Assembly (NCBI GenBank): GCA_963664405.1
Contig: OY761158.1
Coordinates: forward strand, 4,608,001-4,672,000
Direction: 5' to 3'
DNA: 64,000 nt
Origin: Thermoanaerobaculia bacterium
Lineage (GTDB): Bacteria > Acidobacteriota > Thermoanaerobaculia > Multivoradales > Multivoraceae
In this document: positions 50,073-59,913 of the stretch, piece after piece
Layout of the letters: each line of letters begins with the position of its first letter
Numbering within the stretch: position 1 is the first letter of the stretch
Position numbers and translations under genes: made by a program
Notes under the pieces: generated by a model
Told to the model about the DNA's origin: nothing
The model's input: only the letters and a program-made list of their open reading frames with translations
Databases searched by the model: none

Positions 50073-51587
50073 CCCCAATTCGCGAATAAATCAGGCGGCT
50101 CGGAGGGCTTTAGCGACTCTTTGGAAGTCTTGTTGAGCGGCGGCTGAAGTGCCGAGGTCGAGGGTGATTCGGCCAGCAGGGTGAAGGAGGACGCCGGCTC
50201 GGCCGAGGAGTTTGAATCGCAGGGTGTGGATGGTTTCGAAGCGATGCAGAGTTCTCCGTTTGCGAGTCCGTGAGCGGGGCTGCGGGCGTGCCGCGACCTG
50301 AAACGACCGGGCGAGGTTGAAGGCGAGGACGCTGAGCACTTGCCAGGCAGCATTGGCCGCTGCCTTGAGACTGGGGACACAGTTGAACGCGAAGCCGTTG
50401 CGTAACTCAGCGTAGGCCTTCTCGTGGGTCCCTCGACCGTTGAGGAAGTGCCACAGATTCCGGCCGTTCAGCTGTTTGTTGGTGGTGATCGCCGAGTACT
50501 CGTAGTGGCCGTCGTCGGGGTCGAACAGGTCGAGCTGGAAGTTCTTGCGCGTCTCGTGAGCCACCCGCTTGCGGTAGAGCACGATGCGGCGCACCTGGTT
50601 CCAGGCGGCCACCCGAGTGCGGGTCTCACAAAAGCTCACCGTGTCGTCGATGCGGATCCACTTCGCAGCCTGAGCCACCGCCGTCTTCAGGTGCAGCCAG
50701 GGGTAGAACGGGACCTTGATCGCGTACTCCGCCCTCGCCGAGTCCAGGAACTCCAAGACATCCCGGCGAAAGAACGCCCCGTCCATGCGGAACTCCAGGC
50801 GTACGCCACGATCGACCGTGGCGCGAATCTGGTCGAGAAGCGCTGAGAGAAAGTTAAGAGACGCTTTTCCATCGTGCACGTTGCCTGGGCGGTTCTCGAC
50901 CCGCAGGATCTGACCCGACTGCGCCTCGTAGGCGGTGATCGGGTAGTAGCTCGGAACCTTCCGGTGGTGAGGGTTGAAGCCACGCTTCGCTCCTTCGACC
51001 GTCTGTCCGGTCGACACCACCGAGCCGTCGACATCGATCGTCAAACGCGCCAGTCTCGCCTTCTGAAGAGCCTCGCCCACCACCTCAGAGTTCAGCCGCA
51101 CCCAACGCGCCACGTGACTCTCAGACAGTTGCGCCAGCCACCCGCTCACGGTCCTCGGCGACGGCAGTCGGCGGAGTCCGGCGAACCGGGCCAAGATCGG
51201 ATCCGACTGCACGTAGCGAAGGTGCCAGATCCGTCGACCGCCGACCATCAGAAGGCCAAGCAGCACAAGGAGCATCGGAACGGTGCCGAAGTCGCTTCTC
51301 GGGAACGACCTTCCGACCCACCGCCGAAGCCGCTCGCGAAACCTCCGCCTCTGAAGGAAGTCCCGGAACAGCTCCAATCCGGCCTGCGAAGTAACTTGCT
51401 GCAGGCCGCACCGGTACTCGACCCGACCGTTGACCCGACCCCTGAGATCTGCTCTGCTTAACCGCACTGAGAGTGCCCTTTCGTTGTGGTGACTTCTTTC
51501 GGCTTTGACACCCGAAGTACACCACAGCGGAGGGCCCTTTCGCTTCTTAGACCACCAGATCAGACCGCTCTTTTTCGCGAATTGGGG
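50073..51587 (-). mobile_element. IS1380-family insertion sequence, TSD CTAG
   Basis: IR CCCCAATTCGCGAA; CTAG at 50069-50072 and 51588-51591. Confidence 0.92.
50091..51467 (-). CDS. IS1380-family transposase
   Basis: TIDVDGSV, GFNPHHRK, RPGNVH, FRMDGAFF, GRGTHEK. Confidence 0.92.
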   Translation of the reverse strand: MRLSRADLRGRVNGRVEYRCGLQQVTSQAGLELFRDFLQRRRFRERLRRWVGRSFPRSDFGTVPMLLVLLGLLMVGGRRIWHLRYVQSDPILARFAGLRRLPSPRTVSGWLAQLSESHVARWVRLNSEVVGEALQKARLARLTIDVDGSVVSTGQTVEGAKRGFNPHHRKVPSYYPITAYEAQSGQILRVENRPGNVHDGKASLNFLSALLDQIRATVDRGVRLEFRMDGAFFRRDVLEFLDSARAEYAIKVPFYPWLHLKTAVAQAAKWIRIDDTVSFCETRTRVAAWNQVRRIVLYRKRVAHETRKNFQLDLFDPDDGHYEYSAITTNKQLNGRNLWHFLNGRGTHEKAYAELRNGFAFNCVPSLKAAANAAWQVLSVLAFNLARSFQVAARPQPRSRTRKRRTLHRFETIHTLRFKLLGRAGVLLHPAGRITLDLGTSAAAQQDFQRVAKALRAA

Positions 51588-51627
51588 CTAGCTTTTGGGA
51601 ATGATAGTCATCATTCCCGAAAGCTAG
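51588..51627. repeat. Right terminal 40-bp hairpin of the REPIN-like element
   Basis: CTAGCTTTTGGGAATGATAGTCATCATTCCCGAAAGCTAG, inverted relative to the 49877 hairpin. Confidence 0.8.
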
Positions 51628-52735
51628 GGCCGTGTTTGTCGTGCCACTCCTTCTCCAACATCCGCGCCCCGAGCAGCGTGCCTCGCATGGCGTAGTTGGC
51701 TTCGTGGCAGGCGACTTCATAGATCAGGTCGTCACTGCGCGGCATCGGTAACGAGCCTCCGTAGGGAGCGGCGTAGTCGGGGTCTTCGACCTCGAACTCG
51801 TAAAACAGCGTGCCGTCGTCTAGCCGAGTGAAGCGCTCGACGATGTGGAGCTCCTCATGGGGTGTCCCCCAGTCGCGAAGGAAATTGGTGGTGTCGACCA
51901 CCAAGGTCTCTCCCTCCCACCAGCCGATCGAGTCGCCCGAGAGTGAACGGACTTCGGGCGGCGCGTGCTCGGCAGAGCCCCCCTCGTCGTTGAGGCGGAT
52001 TACGCGAGCCCAGTGCATCCATTCGATGAGAATCACGACCTGAGTCTCGGTCTGGATGATCTTCTTGAAGTTGTTGTAGGCCCCCGGCAACATCGGAATC
52101 GTGCGCGCACCGGCGTAGAGGCAGCGCGAGCCGAGCCCAAGCATCTCTGGATGATCGAAGATCCGATGGTCGCCGAAGGTGTAGGTGAGAGGCTGACCGT
52201 TCGGTCCGAGGACTCCCTCCTCCAGCCACCAAGCACTATCTGGATTTGAGGGACCGTTGTAGTCACCGAATGCGAAGGGAAGGAGATGCTCTTTCCCCAC
52301 CGCACTCATAGGCGGCATGCGACCGTCTCTTGGTTCAGTGAGGATGGAGTTGCGATACTTCCCGTCGAGCACAAAGGGTGTGTCGCCCATGTCGAGAAAG
52401 ACCTTGAAGGCACCGCCGACGTTCTGCGACTCGTTCTTGCCTCCGACCACTGGCGCACCACGATTCGGATCGCTGTCGGCGAACCATCGCTCCTTCGTCG
52501 CTGCCATGGCGTCCTCGATCGCCTTTGCGTCTTCGACGCTCATATAGCGATCGTCGCCATACTTCGCACTGCGCGCGATAGGCGTTCGAGTCTTGATGTC
52601 GTAGGTGCCCGACAGATCCGGTTTGCCGCTCGGGGTGCGAGGGAGGTTGTTTTCGGCTGCCGAAGTCGGCAAGCAGGTGAGACCGAGAAGTACCAGGGCA
52701 AGCAGAACCCTTGTCGGCATCGAGGAATCCTCCAA
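51611..52735 (-). CDS. Secreted conserved hypothetical protein
   Basis: Signal peptide, PRTPSGKPDLSG, GDSIGWWEGETLVVDTTNF, YEVACHEAN. Confidence 0.8.
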   Translation of the reverse strand: MEDSSMPTRVLLALVLLGLTCLPTSAAENNLPRTPSGKPDLSGTYDIKTRTPIARSAKYGDDRYMSVEDAKAIEDAMAATKERWFADSDPNRGAPVVGGKNESQNVGGAFKVFLDMGDTPFVLDGKYRNSILTEPRDGRMPPMSAVGKEHLLPFAFGDYNGPSNPDSAWWLEEGVLGPNGQPLTYTFGDHRIFDHPEMLGLGSRCLYAGARTIPMLPGAYNNFKKIIQTETQVVILIEWMHWARVIRLNDEGGSAEHAPPEVRSLSGDSIGWWEGETLVVDTTNFLRDWGTPHEELHIVERFTRLDDGTLFYEFEVEDPDYAAPYGGSLPMPRSDDLIYEVACHEANYAMRGTLLGARMLEKEWHDKHGPSFRE

Positions 52736-52896
52736 AGTTTCGTCTGGAGGAATGATGTCACGCTCGGTCGATAAACCGAGTGACCGGGCCGGCCGTTGGC
52801 AAGCTCTTCGGCGACATGGAGCTCGACCGCGGTTTCGACCGGCTAGGAGCGTGTCCGAGAATTCGGACAGGCGAGTAGTTCTTAGGGGGGGATGGG

Positions 52897-52927
52897 CCGG
52901 AGAACGGGCCGCAGGTCCGTTTTCCGG
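52897..52927 (-). terminator. Stem-loop just after the stop of the 52930 gene
   Basis: CCGGAGAACGGGCC-GCA-GGTCCGTTTTCCGG; no U-tract. Confidence 0.3.
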
Positions 52928-52929
52928 GG

Positions 52930-54273
52930 CTAGCGAGAAACGCGATAGAGATGCGTTCCGGAGCGCAGAAGGATGGCATCGCCGGCGATCGCCGGGCCGG
53001 CGGTGAAGCGGGCATCGAACTCGTTCTCGGCGAGCAGCTCGAACTCTCGCGCCGCGGAGACGACCGTTACGGTTCCGCCGATGCCGGTCAGATAGATCTT
53101 GCCGTCGGCATGCACCGGGGACGCCCAGTAGGTGGCTGCCTTACTCGAGCCGGCGCCGGAAAAGCGCGCCTTCCAGACTTCTTCACCGCTCTTCGCGTCC
53201 TGGCTGGTCATCACTCCGCCGTCACTGACCATGAAGACCAGGTCGTCCACGATCAGGGGCGAAGAGATCTCGGGGGCTCCTCGCGTTGTACTCCAGGCGA
53301 TGTGGGTTGCGGTGACGTCGCCGCTTCCTGAGGGGCGGACGGCCACCAGGCGTCTGGAATTGCCCTGGGTGAGATAGACGAGACCGTCTTGGTAGATCGG
53401 ACGACACGCCACATTCCAGCCCCAGCCTTCATGCACGACTCGCCACAGCTCTTCGCCGGTCTCGGGGTCGTAGGAGAAGGTGACCTCGGCGCCGGGGCTG
53501 ATCAGCTGCCGCCGCCCCTCATGCTCGATGATTGCCGAGGTCGCGTAGGATTTTCTGTTGTCGCTCGGCTTTCGTTTGAGCACTTTGTCGACGTCTTTGA
53601 CACCCTGCGCCTTCAGCTTGGCAACGAAATCACTCTCGACCGCCCGATTCTGCAGCCACAGAGTTGCGCCTGTTCTCTTGTCGAGGGCGGCTACGAACTG
53701 GGCGTCGACTCCGTCGTAATTTAGGAAGAGGGAGTCGCCGTCGATGATCGGCGACGAGGCGGGCCGTACGCGGTGATCGCAGTTGAGGTCGCGACGCTCC
53801 CACAGCTTCTCGCCGGTCTCGGTGTCGAGGGCGGCGGTTCCATAGCTCCCGAAGTGAGCGTAGATGCGCCCCTCCTCGATGATCGGTGTGGGTGTGGCGT
53901 GGGTGTTTTGAACACCCCACTCCGCTTGCGGCTTTGCCACGTCGAAGACCTTGATGTCGTGAATGACCTCGCCGCTTGCGAGATCGACCGCGATTGCGAA
54001 TAGCTACGATCCATCCTCGCGTGCGGTCGTCAACCAGATCTGGTTGCCCCATACCACCGGAGAGGACCAACCCTCATCGTGAATAGCTGTCTTCCAAACC
54101 ACATTCTTCGATTCACCGAAGTCGACCGGGAGATTCGTGGCCGGGCTGTTGCCGTCACCGCTTGGACCACGAAGCTGATTCCAGTAGTCGTTGTCGGTGG
54201 TCTCGGCGGTGGCGACTGCGGCTATTGCAGCGGTGCAGGCAACGAGCACTAGAGCGAGCTGAAGGTGCCTCAT
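52930..54273 (-). pseudogene. PQQ-like beta-propeller protein with in-frame TAG at 54004-54006
   Basis: Signal peptide, WNQLRGP, GWSSPV, then REDGS*LFAIAVDLASG continues in frame. Confidence 0.85.
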
Positions 54274-54444
54274 CTTCTGACTCCTGGGGACGGTTCTCGA
54301 ATATAGGCGAGATCCGGCGCAGTGGCTCGGCGACGGCACAAACATGGGACAGTGTACCAAGAAATTCGCTATCGAGACTCGAGCCGACTTGGCCTACCGC
54401 CATCGATCCGCCCTGGTGTGTAAGATCCAGGTTGGTAGTAACCT

Positions 54445-56538
54445 GTGCCGCTGAGCGTCGTTCAATTGCCAACCTCGAGGTCATCCTCGCGTCCGCTCTC
54501 GGAGCCTCTGAGCTCTGAGTCTCCAGAGTCAGGCTCGTATCGCCTGAAGAGTGCGGTGGCCTGTTGTCGGCGGCGACTTCTCCTAGGCCTGTTCGTCGTT
54601 TGGGCAGGGGGTTCGATCGCTGTCGCGCAGCGTGGAGCACAAGACGGTGAGTGGCGCCACATCGGTGGCGGCCATGGTGCTGCCAAATACTCGCCGCTGA
54701 GTCAGATCGACTCCGAGAATTTCGCCCAGCTCGAAGTGGCATGGCGCTGGGAGTCCGCCGGCAAGCGGGTCGAGGAGTTGTCTCCCTATCCGCGAGAGTA
54801 CTTTCGAGCGACACCGCTGATGATCAGGGGGCGCGTCTACGTGCCCACCGAGCTGGGGCAGGTCGCCGCTCTCGATGCGGGCAGCGGCGAGGAGCTCTGG
54901 GTCTACGACCCTGAGAGCTACGAGCGTGGCAAGCCGGGGATGTACTGGCGCTACACCCGCAGTCTCGAGTACTGGAGCGACGGTGTCGAAGAGCGCGTCT
55001 TCATCGCGACCATGGGGCGGCAGCTGGTGTCGGTCGACATCGCCACCGGCTTGCCGGATCCGCGCTTTGGGGAAGACGGCATCGTCGATCTGTCGCGCGA
55101 TCTGGGGCGTGAGGACTTCCCGGTGGGCAACATCAGCCACGGGGCGCCGGTGATCGTGTTCCGCGACAGGGTCATCGTCGGCTCGAAGATCTTCGACATG
55201 ACCTTGCGCCGCAGCAGTCCTCCGGGTCACATCCGGGCCTACGACGTGCGCACCGGCGAGCTTTCGTGGCGCTTTCACACGATTCCCCAAGAGGGCGAGT
55301 TGTTCACCGAAACCTGGGAGAACGACTCCTGGCGGGGCATGGGCAACACCAATGCCTGGGCGCCGATGAGTGCAGACGAGGAGCTCGGCTACGTCTACAT
55401 TGCCACCAGCACTCCGACCAATGACTATTGGGGCGGGGAACGTCACGGTGACAACCTCTTTGCCGAGAGCCTGCTCTGCCTCGACGCCGCCACCGGCAAG
55501 CGTGTCTGGCACTTCCAGACCGTGCACCATGGGATCTGGGATTACGACATCGCCTCGGCTCCCAACCTCGTCGACGTTGTGGTCGACGGCAGGTTGAGAA
55601 AGGCCGTGGCGCAGGTGTCGAAGACGGCGTTCACCTATGTTTTCGACCGGGCGACGGGCGAGCCGCTGTGGCCGATCGAAGAACGTCCAGTCGAGGCGAG
55701 CACGGTTCCTGGCGAGAAACTGGCGTTGACACAGCCTTTTCCGACCAAACCCCCCGCCTTCGACCGGGTGGGGGTGAGCGTCGACGATCTCATCGACTTC
55801 ACTCCCGAGCTCGAGAGGGAGGCCCGTGACATTGGAGAGAAGTTCAAGCTCGGACCGATCTTCATGCCTTTGATCCTCGCCGGGGAGGGGGGCAAGCTCG
55901 GGACGGTCGTGGTGCCCGGTGCCGGTGGGGGTGCCAATCATCCAGGAGCCTCGATCGACCCGGACACCGGCCTTCTCTATGTGCAATCGATGACTCGCCC
56001 TACCGGAATGGCACTGATCGAGCCCGACCCGGTTCGCTCCGATTGGAAATACATGCTCGATCGAGTAAGGGTCGAGGGTCCGCGAGGGTTGCCTCTCTTC
56101 AAGCCGCCTTTCGGTCGGATCACGGCAATTGATCTCAGGATCGGCGAACACGCGTGGCAGGTCCCGTTGGGTGATGGTCCGACTCGACATCCGGCCATCA
56201 AGCATCTCGGCCTCGGGCCACTGGGGTCCAAAGAAGTCGGCAATCAGGGCGGCCTGTTGGTCACCAAGACTCTGTTGATCGCTTTCGCCCCCAAGTACGG
56301 CGAGAACGGTGAGCTGGTTCCGGGCAGCGTGGCGCAGGCTTATGACAAGGCGACCGGCAGGCTCTTGGCCGAATTCGATGTCGACATCAGCCTCTACGGC
56401 GCTCCGATAACCTATCTCCACCGGGGGCGTCAGTACATCGTGGCCGCCGGCGGTGGCACCAACGATCGGAGAGGGCCGGATTGGGAAGCGCGGGAGGCTG
56501 CGCTGGTTGCGTTCGCGCTGCCGGAGCTGCCTCCCTAG
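54445..56538 (+). CDS. PQQ-dependent quinoprotein dehydrogenase, paralog of 38981-40939 (true start probably near 54556)
   Basis: Same motifs as the first copy with long identical peptide blocks. Confidence 0.88.
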   Translation: MPLSVVQLPTSRSSSRPLSEPLSSESPESGSYRLKSAVACCRRRLLLGLFVVWAGGSIAVAQRGAQDGEWRHIGGGHGAAKYSPLSQIDSENFAQLEVAWRWESAGKRVEELSPYPREYFRATPLMIRGRVYVPTELGQVAALDAGSGEELWVYDPESYERGKPGMYWRYTRSLEYWSDGVEERVFIATMGRQLVSVDIATGLPDPRFGEDGIVDLSRDLGREDFPVGNISHGAPVIVFRDRVIVGSKIFDMTLRRSSPPGHIRAYDVRTGELSWRFHTIPQEGELFTETWENDSWRGMGNTNAWAPMSADEELGYVYIATSTPTNDYWGGERHGDNLFAESLLCLDAATGKRVWHFQTVHHGIWDYDIASAPNLVDVVVDGRLRKAVAQVSKTAFTYVFDRATGEPLWPIEERPVEASTVPGEKLALTQPFPTKPPAFDRVGVSVDDLIDFTPELEREARDIGEKFKLGPIFMPLILAGEGGKLGTVVVPGAGGGANHPGASIDPDTGLLYVQSMTRPTGMALIEPDPVRSDWKYMLDRVRVEGPRGLPLFKPPFGRITAIDLRIGEHAWQVPLGDGPTRHPAIKHLGLGPLGSKEVGNQGGLLVTKTLLIAFAPKYGENGELVPGSVAQAYDKATGRLLAEFDVDISLYGAPITYLHRGRQYIVAAGGGTNDRRGPDWEAREAALVAFALPELPP

Positions 56539-58064
56539 GGGCCCGCCAGCTGCTGGTTCGGCAGCTCCATACGATCGATCAGATCGCAGGTCTCGTTGCG
56601 CACGCCTTTGTCGGTCCGGATCTCGGTGTCGAAGACGAGATGTCGGTCGGATGCGGTAGCGTAGGCGGGCCACGCTGGGAGTCCGTCGACATTGGGATCG
56701 CTGGCGGTGGCGAACTCGACCCAGTAGCGAATCATCGCGTCGGCGAGGCGCAGATCCGACTCGCTGGCGCCCTCCTCGAGAGTATTGAAGACGTAGCCGA
56801 TCTCGAGAGCGTGGTTGGCGCCCATCTCGGGGGCCTTTTGATTCGGCCGGGTGAAGTAGTAGCGCCAGGTATGGGAGGCGACTTTGTCCATGCCGCGTAC
56901 CATCGTCCTCACCGGCGCGGCAAACCATGAGTCGCCGCGCCAGGCCGCCGCGGCTGCGGTGACCTCGGCCTCGTTTCGGGCAGGATAGAGGGTGAGGAAG
57001 TCGTCGACGTGCGACCCCATCTCCTTCTTGCGAGCCGCGCGATACTCCTCCGGGGTCGAGAAGGGTAGCCGGCGCGCGAACATGGTTCCCTCGTCGGCAT
57101 TGGTGCCGATCACCAGTGGCACATCATGCTGCCGGCCTTGGCGGTAGAGATCGACTGGGTGGTCGGTGAAGACCCTGCCGTCGACCGCGAGAGCGACTGA
57201 GAATCCTTCGGCGGCGAGGATGTCTTCGGCAGGGATGTCACGCAGGGCTGCGAGCGTGACCTCGTGGCCATCGCCCACCAGCTTGCGGGCGAAATCCTCG
57301 CCCGCGGCCTCGAAGCCGCCGTCCACAGAGGAGCGCAAGCGCTTGACGTTGCTCGACCCGAACCATGGGCTTTCGGCAATGGCGCGGTGAAAGAGACCCT
57401 TGGCGAGCGGGCTCACCGACAGAGCCGCGACGCTCGTGCCGCCGGCCGACTCACCGAAGATCGTTACATTGTCTCGATCGCCGCCAAAAACGCCGATGTG
57501 GTCGCGCACCCACTCGAGAGCCATGATCGAGTCGAGAATGCCGTAGTTGCCCGAGACGCCGTGCTCGGACTCTGCCGAGAGCAGCGGATGGGCCAGAAAG
57601 CCGAGCGCGCCGAGGCGATAGTTGATCGACACCAGCACGATACCGCGCCGGGCGAAGGCCTCGCCGCTGTAGCGCGGCACGCTGGCGGCGCCACCCGAGT
57701 GGCCGCCGCCGTGAATCCAGACCATCACGGGATGGCCATCGTCGCTCTCTTCGGCGGGCGCCCAGACGTTGAGATAGAGGCAGTTCTCACTGCTCGGTGG
57801 GTTGCGCTGAGGGCATTTGGGTCCGAACTCCTTCGCCTCGCGCACGCCTTTCCAGCTCCATGCCGGCTGCGGGGGGCGCCAGCGCAGCTCGCCTACGGGT
57901 GGCGCGGCGTAGGGGATGCCGAGGTAGACGGCGACTTTGCCGTCGTCGGTAGTGCTGCCCGATAGCAGGCCGACCCTCTCGAGCCCGACCTCGTCGGCGG
58001 CGGCCGCGAGCGGCAGGCAGAGGACAAGGGCAAGAGCGAGAACGAGTGCACGGCTGTCGAACAT
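56535..58064 (-). CDS. Type-B carboxylesterase (para-nitrobenzyl esterase-like)
   Basis: GIPYAAPPVG, SENCLYLNVW, WIHGGG, FGESAG. Confidence 0.93.
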   Translation of the reverse strand: MFDSRALVLALALVLCLPLAAAADEVGLERVGLLSGSTTDDGKVAVYLGIPYAAPPVGELRWRPPQPAWSWKGVREAKEFGPKCPQRNPPSSENCLYLNVWAPAEESDDGHPVMVWIHGGGHSGGAASVPRYSGEAFARRGIVLVSINYRLGALGFLAHPLLSAESEHGVSGNYGILDSIMALEWVRDHIGVFGGDRDNVTIFGESAGGTSVAALSVSPLAKGLFHRAIAESPWFGSSNVKRLRSSVDGGFEAAGEDFARKLVGDGHEVTLAALRDIPAEDILAAEGFSVALAVDGRVFTDHPVDLYRQGRQHDVPLVIGTNADEGTMFARRLPFSTPEEYRAARKKEMGSHVDDFLTLYPARNEAEVTAAAAAWRGDSWFAAPVRTMVRGMDKVASHTWRYYFTRPNQKAPEMGANHALEIGYVFNTLEEGASESDLRLADAMIRYWVEFATASDPNVDGLPAWPAYATASDRHLVFDTEIRTDKGVRNETCDLIDRMELPNQQLAGP

Positions 58065-58185
58065 GGACGGACCTCCAGGAAGAGTGGACGGCAAAGGGGT
58101 GACGAGGCGAACTCGCAACGTCGGATCATAGCAATCCTTCACTCGTGGCAGTGCGGCTCTCGATCTCGCCCGACGATGGGATAGA

Positions 58186-58830
58186 TTGATGGCAATGACT
58201 AGAAGTTCTGGTTCGAGACGATGGCCGATCCTCCGATTGGCGCTTATGGTGGCCTTTGTTGGCTGTCTGATTGCCGGTTCCGCGCCGGCAGAGGTCGAGC
58301 TGACGCCTTTGGTGGGTCTTCAGGCGGGCGGTAGCATCGGCACTCGACAGGGTGACCTCGAGATCGATCCTTCGGCTGCGCTGGGGCTCCTCGTGAGTTG
58401 GCGTGTTCGTAGCGATGGAATGGTCGAGCTCCTTTACACGCGGCAGGACACTGAGATGGACCTCGATGCGAGCCGGCTCTTCGATCTCACCGTGGAGCAG
58501 TTCCACTTTGGTGGACTGTGGGAGATCCGCGACTACACCCAGACCCGCCCGTTTCTCGGGATGACGCTGGGCGTGACGCGAATGAACCCCGACCTCGGTG
58601 GTGCAGGGAGCGAGACCTACTTTTCCGGGGCCATCTCGGGAGGAGTGAAGCGCTTCTTCAACGAAAAGGTTGGGCTGCGAGTCGAGGGAAGAGGACTGAT
58701 GACCTTCTCGGTCGACGAGGGAGGCATCTTCTGCGGCTCCTCATTTGGCCAATCGGGATGTGCGCTAACCGCCCTCGGCGACGCCTTCTTTCAGTTCCAG
58801 GGTTTCGTCGGCCTGATCCTGCGTTTGTAA
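58186..58830 (+). CDS. Outer-membrane beta-barrel protein
   Basis: Signal peptide, amphipathic strands, GGVKRFF..GLRVEGR. Confidence 0.75.
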   Translation: MMAMTRSSGSRRWPILRLALMVAFVGCLIAGSAPAEVELTPLVGLQAGGSIGTRQGDLEIDPSAALGLLVSWRVRSDGMVELLYTRQDTEMDLDASRLFDLTVEQFHFGGLWEIRDYTQTRPFLGMTLGVTRMNPDLGGAGSETYFSGAISGGVKRFFNEKVGLRVEGRGLMTFSVDEGGIFCGSSFGQSGCALTALGDAFFQFQGFVGLILRL

Positions 58831-58847
58831 AAAAGAGAGAGCGGAGT

Positions 58848-59270
58848 CTAGCTCTGTCCCGACAGGGGCTCCGCGCGAGGACGCACTGCCTTCCTACCCG
58901 CTACAAGGAAGAAGATGATCAATGTAGCCAGCACGACGTTGGCGATGTCGTGAGGGAGGCGCGAAGTATCGAATAGCACCTGGTTGGCGATTAACCCGTC
59001 GACCGCGAAGAGGAGCGCGGAAGCGACACCGAGAACCAGAGCGCTTTGCCGGCGCAGGAAAGCAGCGGCTGCCGCACCGAGGAGACAGCCACCCACGACC
59101 AGATAGGCGATGCCGGTAGCTCGAGTGATACTCGGTTCGGCTGAGATCCCCGCCATTGCGGTCTGAGCGTCGACGAGAAGGCCGACACCGTGGAGGACCC
59201 ACAGCAGGCCCACCAGGGTCAACAGGGTTGCGGCGCTGACGATCAGCGCTCGACCTCGATCTAACGCCAT
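58848..59270 (-). CDS. Four-TM hypothetical membrane protein
   Basis: Four hydrophobic segments. Confidence 0.65.
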   Translation of the reverse strand: MALDRGRALIVSAATLLTLVGLLWVLHGVGLLVDAQTAMAGISAEPSITRATGIAYLVVGGCLLGAAAAAFLRRQSALVLGVASALLFAVDGLIANQVLFDTSRLPHDIANVVLATLIIFFLVAGRKAVRPRAEPLSGQS

Positions 59271-59285
59271 GAGCAGACCTGGATC

Positions 59286-59807
59286 CTATCGTTCGGCAGG
59301 AGCTCCTGGGCTCGGCGACCATGAAATGCTTTCCCGAACGGCGAGGTCCGCCACATCTTGCAGCAGGGCCTCTTCTGAGAGTGTGAGATCGATGGGATGG
59401 CCGTAGGGCTGGCCGTAGCTCAGCCGAGTCGGCCAATAGATCTCGATCATGTTGCCCTCTGGATCGTCGAAGTAGAAGGCGAGCGACACGCCGTGGTTGA
59501 GCGCCATTTTGATCCCTACGCCGCGCTCGACGACGCCGCGGTAGGCATGGCGCAGATCCGCCAATGAGGCGACTTTGAAGGCGGCGTGTCTGCCCGCAGG
59601 GTTGGCGAAGATCACTACTTCGTGGGACTCCTCATCGGGTCGACTGCTGAGGAAGGCACTGCTGCTGAAGGGGTTCTCTTCTCCGCTGCCGCCCACGGCC
59701 TGCATCCCGAGGACGTGTTTGTAAAACTCGGCGAGAGCCGCCGGATCGTCGGACTGAATCCCGATGTGGCAAAGGCCGATGAGTCTCGGAGCTCCGTCTT
59801 CGGACAT
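59286..59807 (-). CDS. VOC-family protein
   Basis: LCHIGI, HAAFKV, NHGVSLAFYFDDPEGNMIEIY. Confidence 0.88.
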   Translation of the reverse strand: MSEDGAPRLIGLCHIGIQSDDPAALAEFYKHVLGMQAVGGSGEENPFSSSAFLSSRPDEESHEVVIFANPAGRHAAFKVASLADLRHAYRGVVERGVGIKMALNHGVSLAFYFDDPEGNMIEIYWPTRLSYGQPYGHPIDLTLSEEALLQDVADLAVRESISWSPSPGAPAER

Positions 59808-59913
59808 GTCTTTCTCCTGTTCCAGCGCGAAGGTAGCGCGGGGTATTTCGACACGCGCCCCCAGCAATGATAAAACCCTCTCTCCACAAAAGAGAAAGGG
59901 ACGGCTAAGAGAT

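Noticed and set aside
42991-54273. Genome-wide stop-codon reassignment
   Set aside because: TAG and TGA terminate many clearly complete genes in this window
54583-56928. Long antisense ORFs (781 aa here, also 37034-38401, 39107-40354, 48606-49841)
   Set aside because: Shadow frames of GC-rich genes with no recognisable motifs
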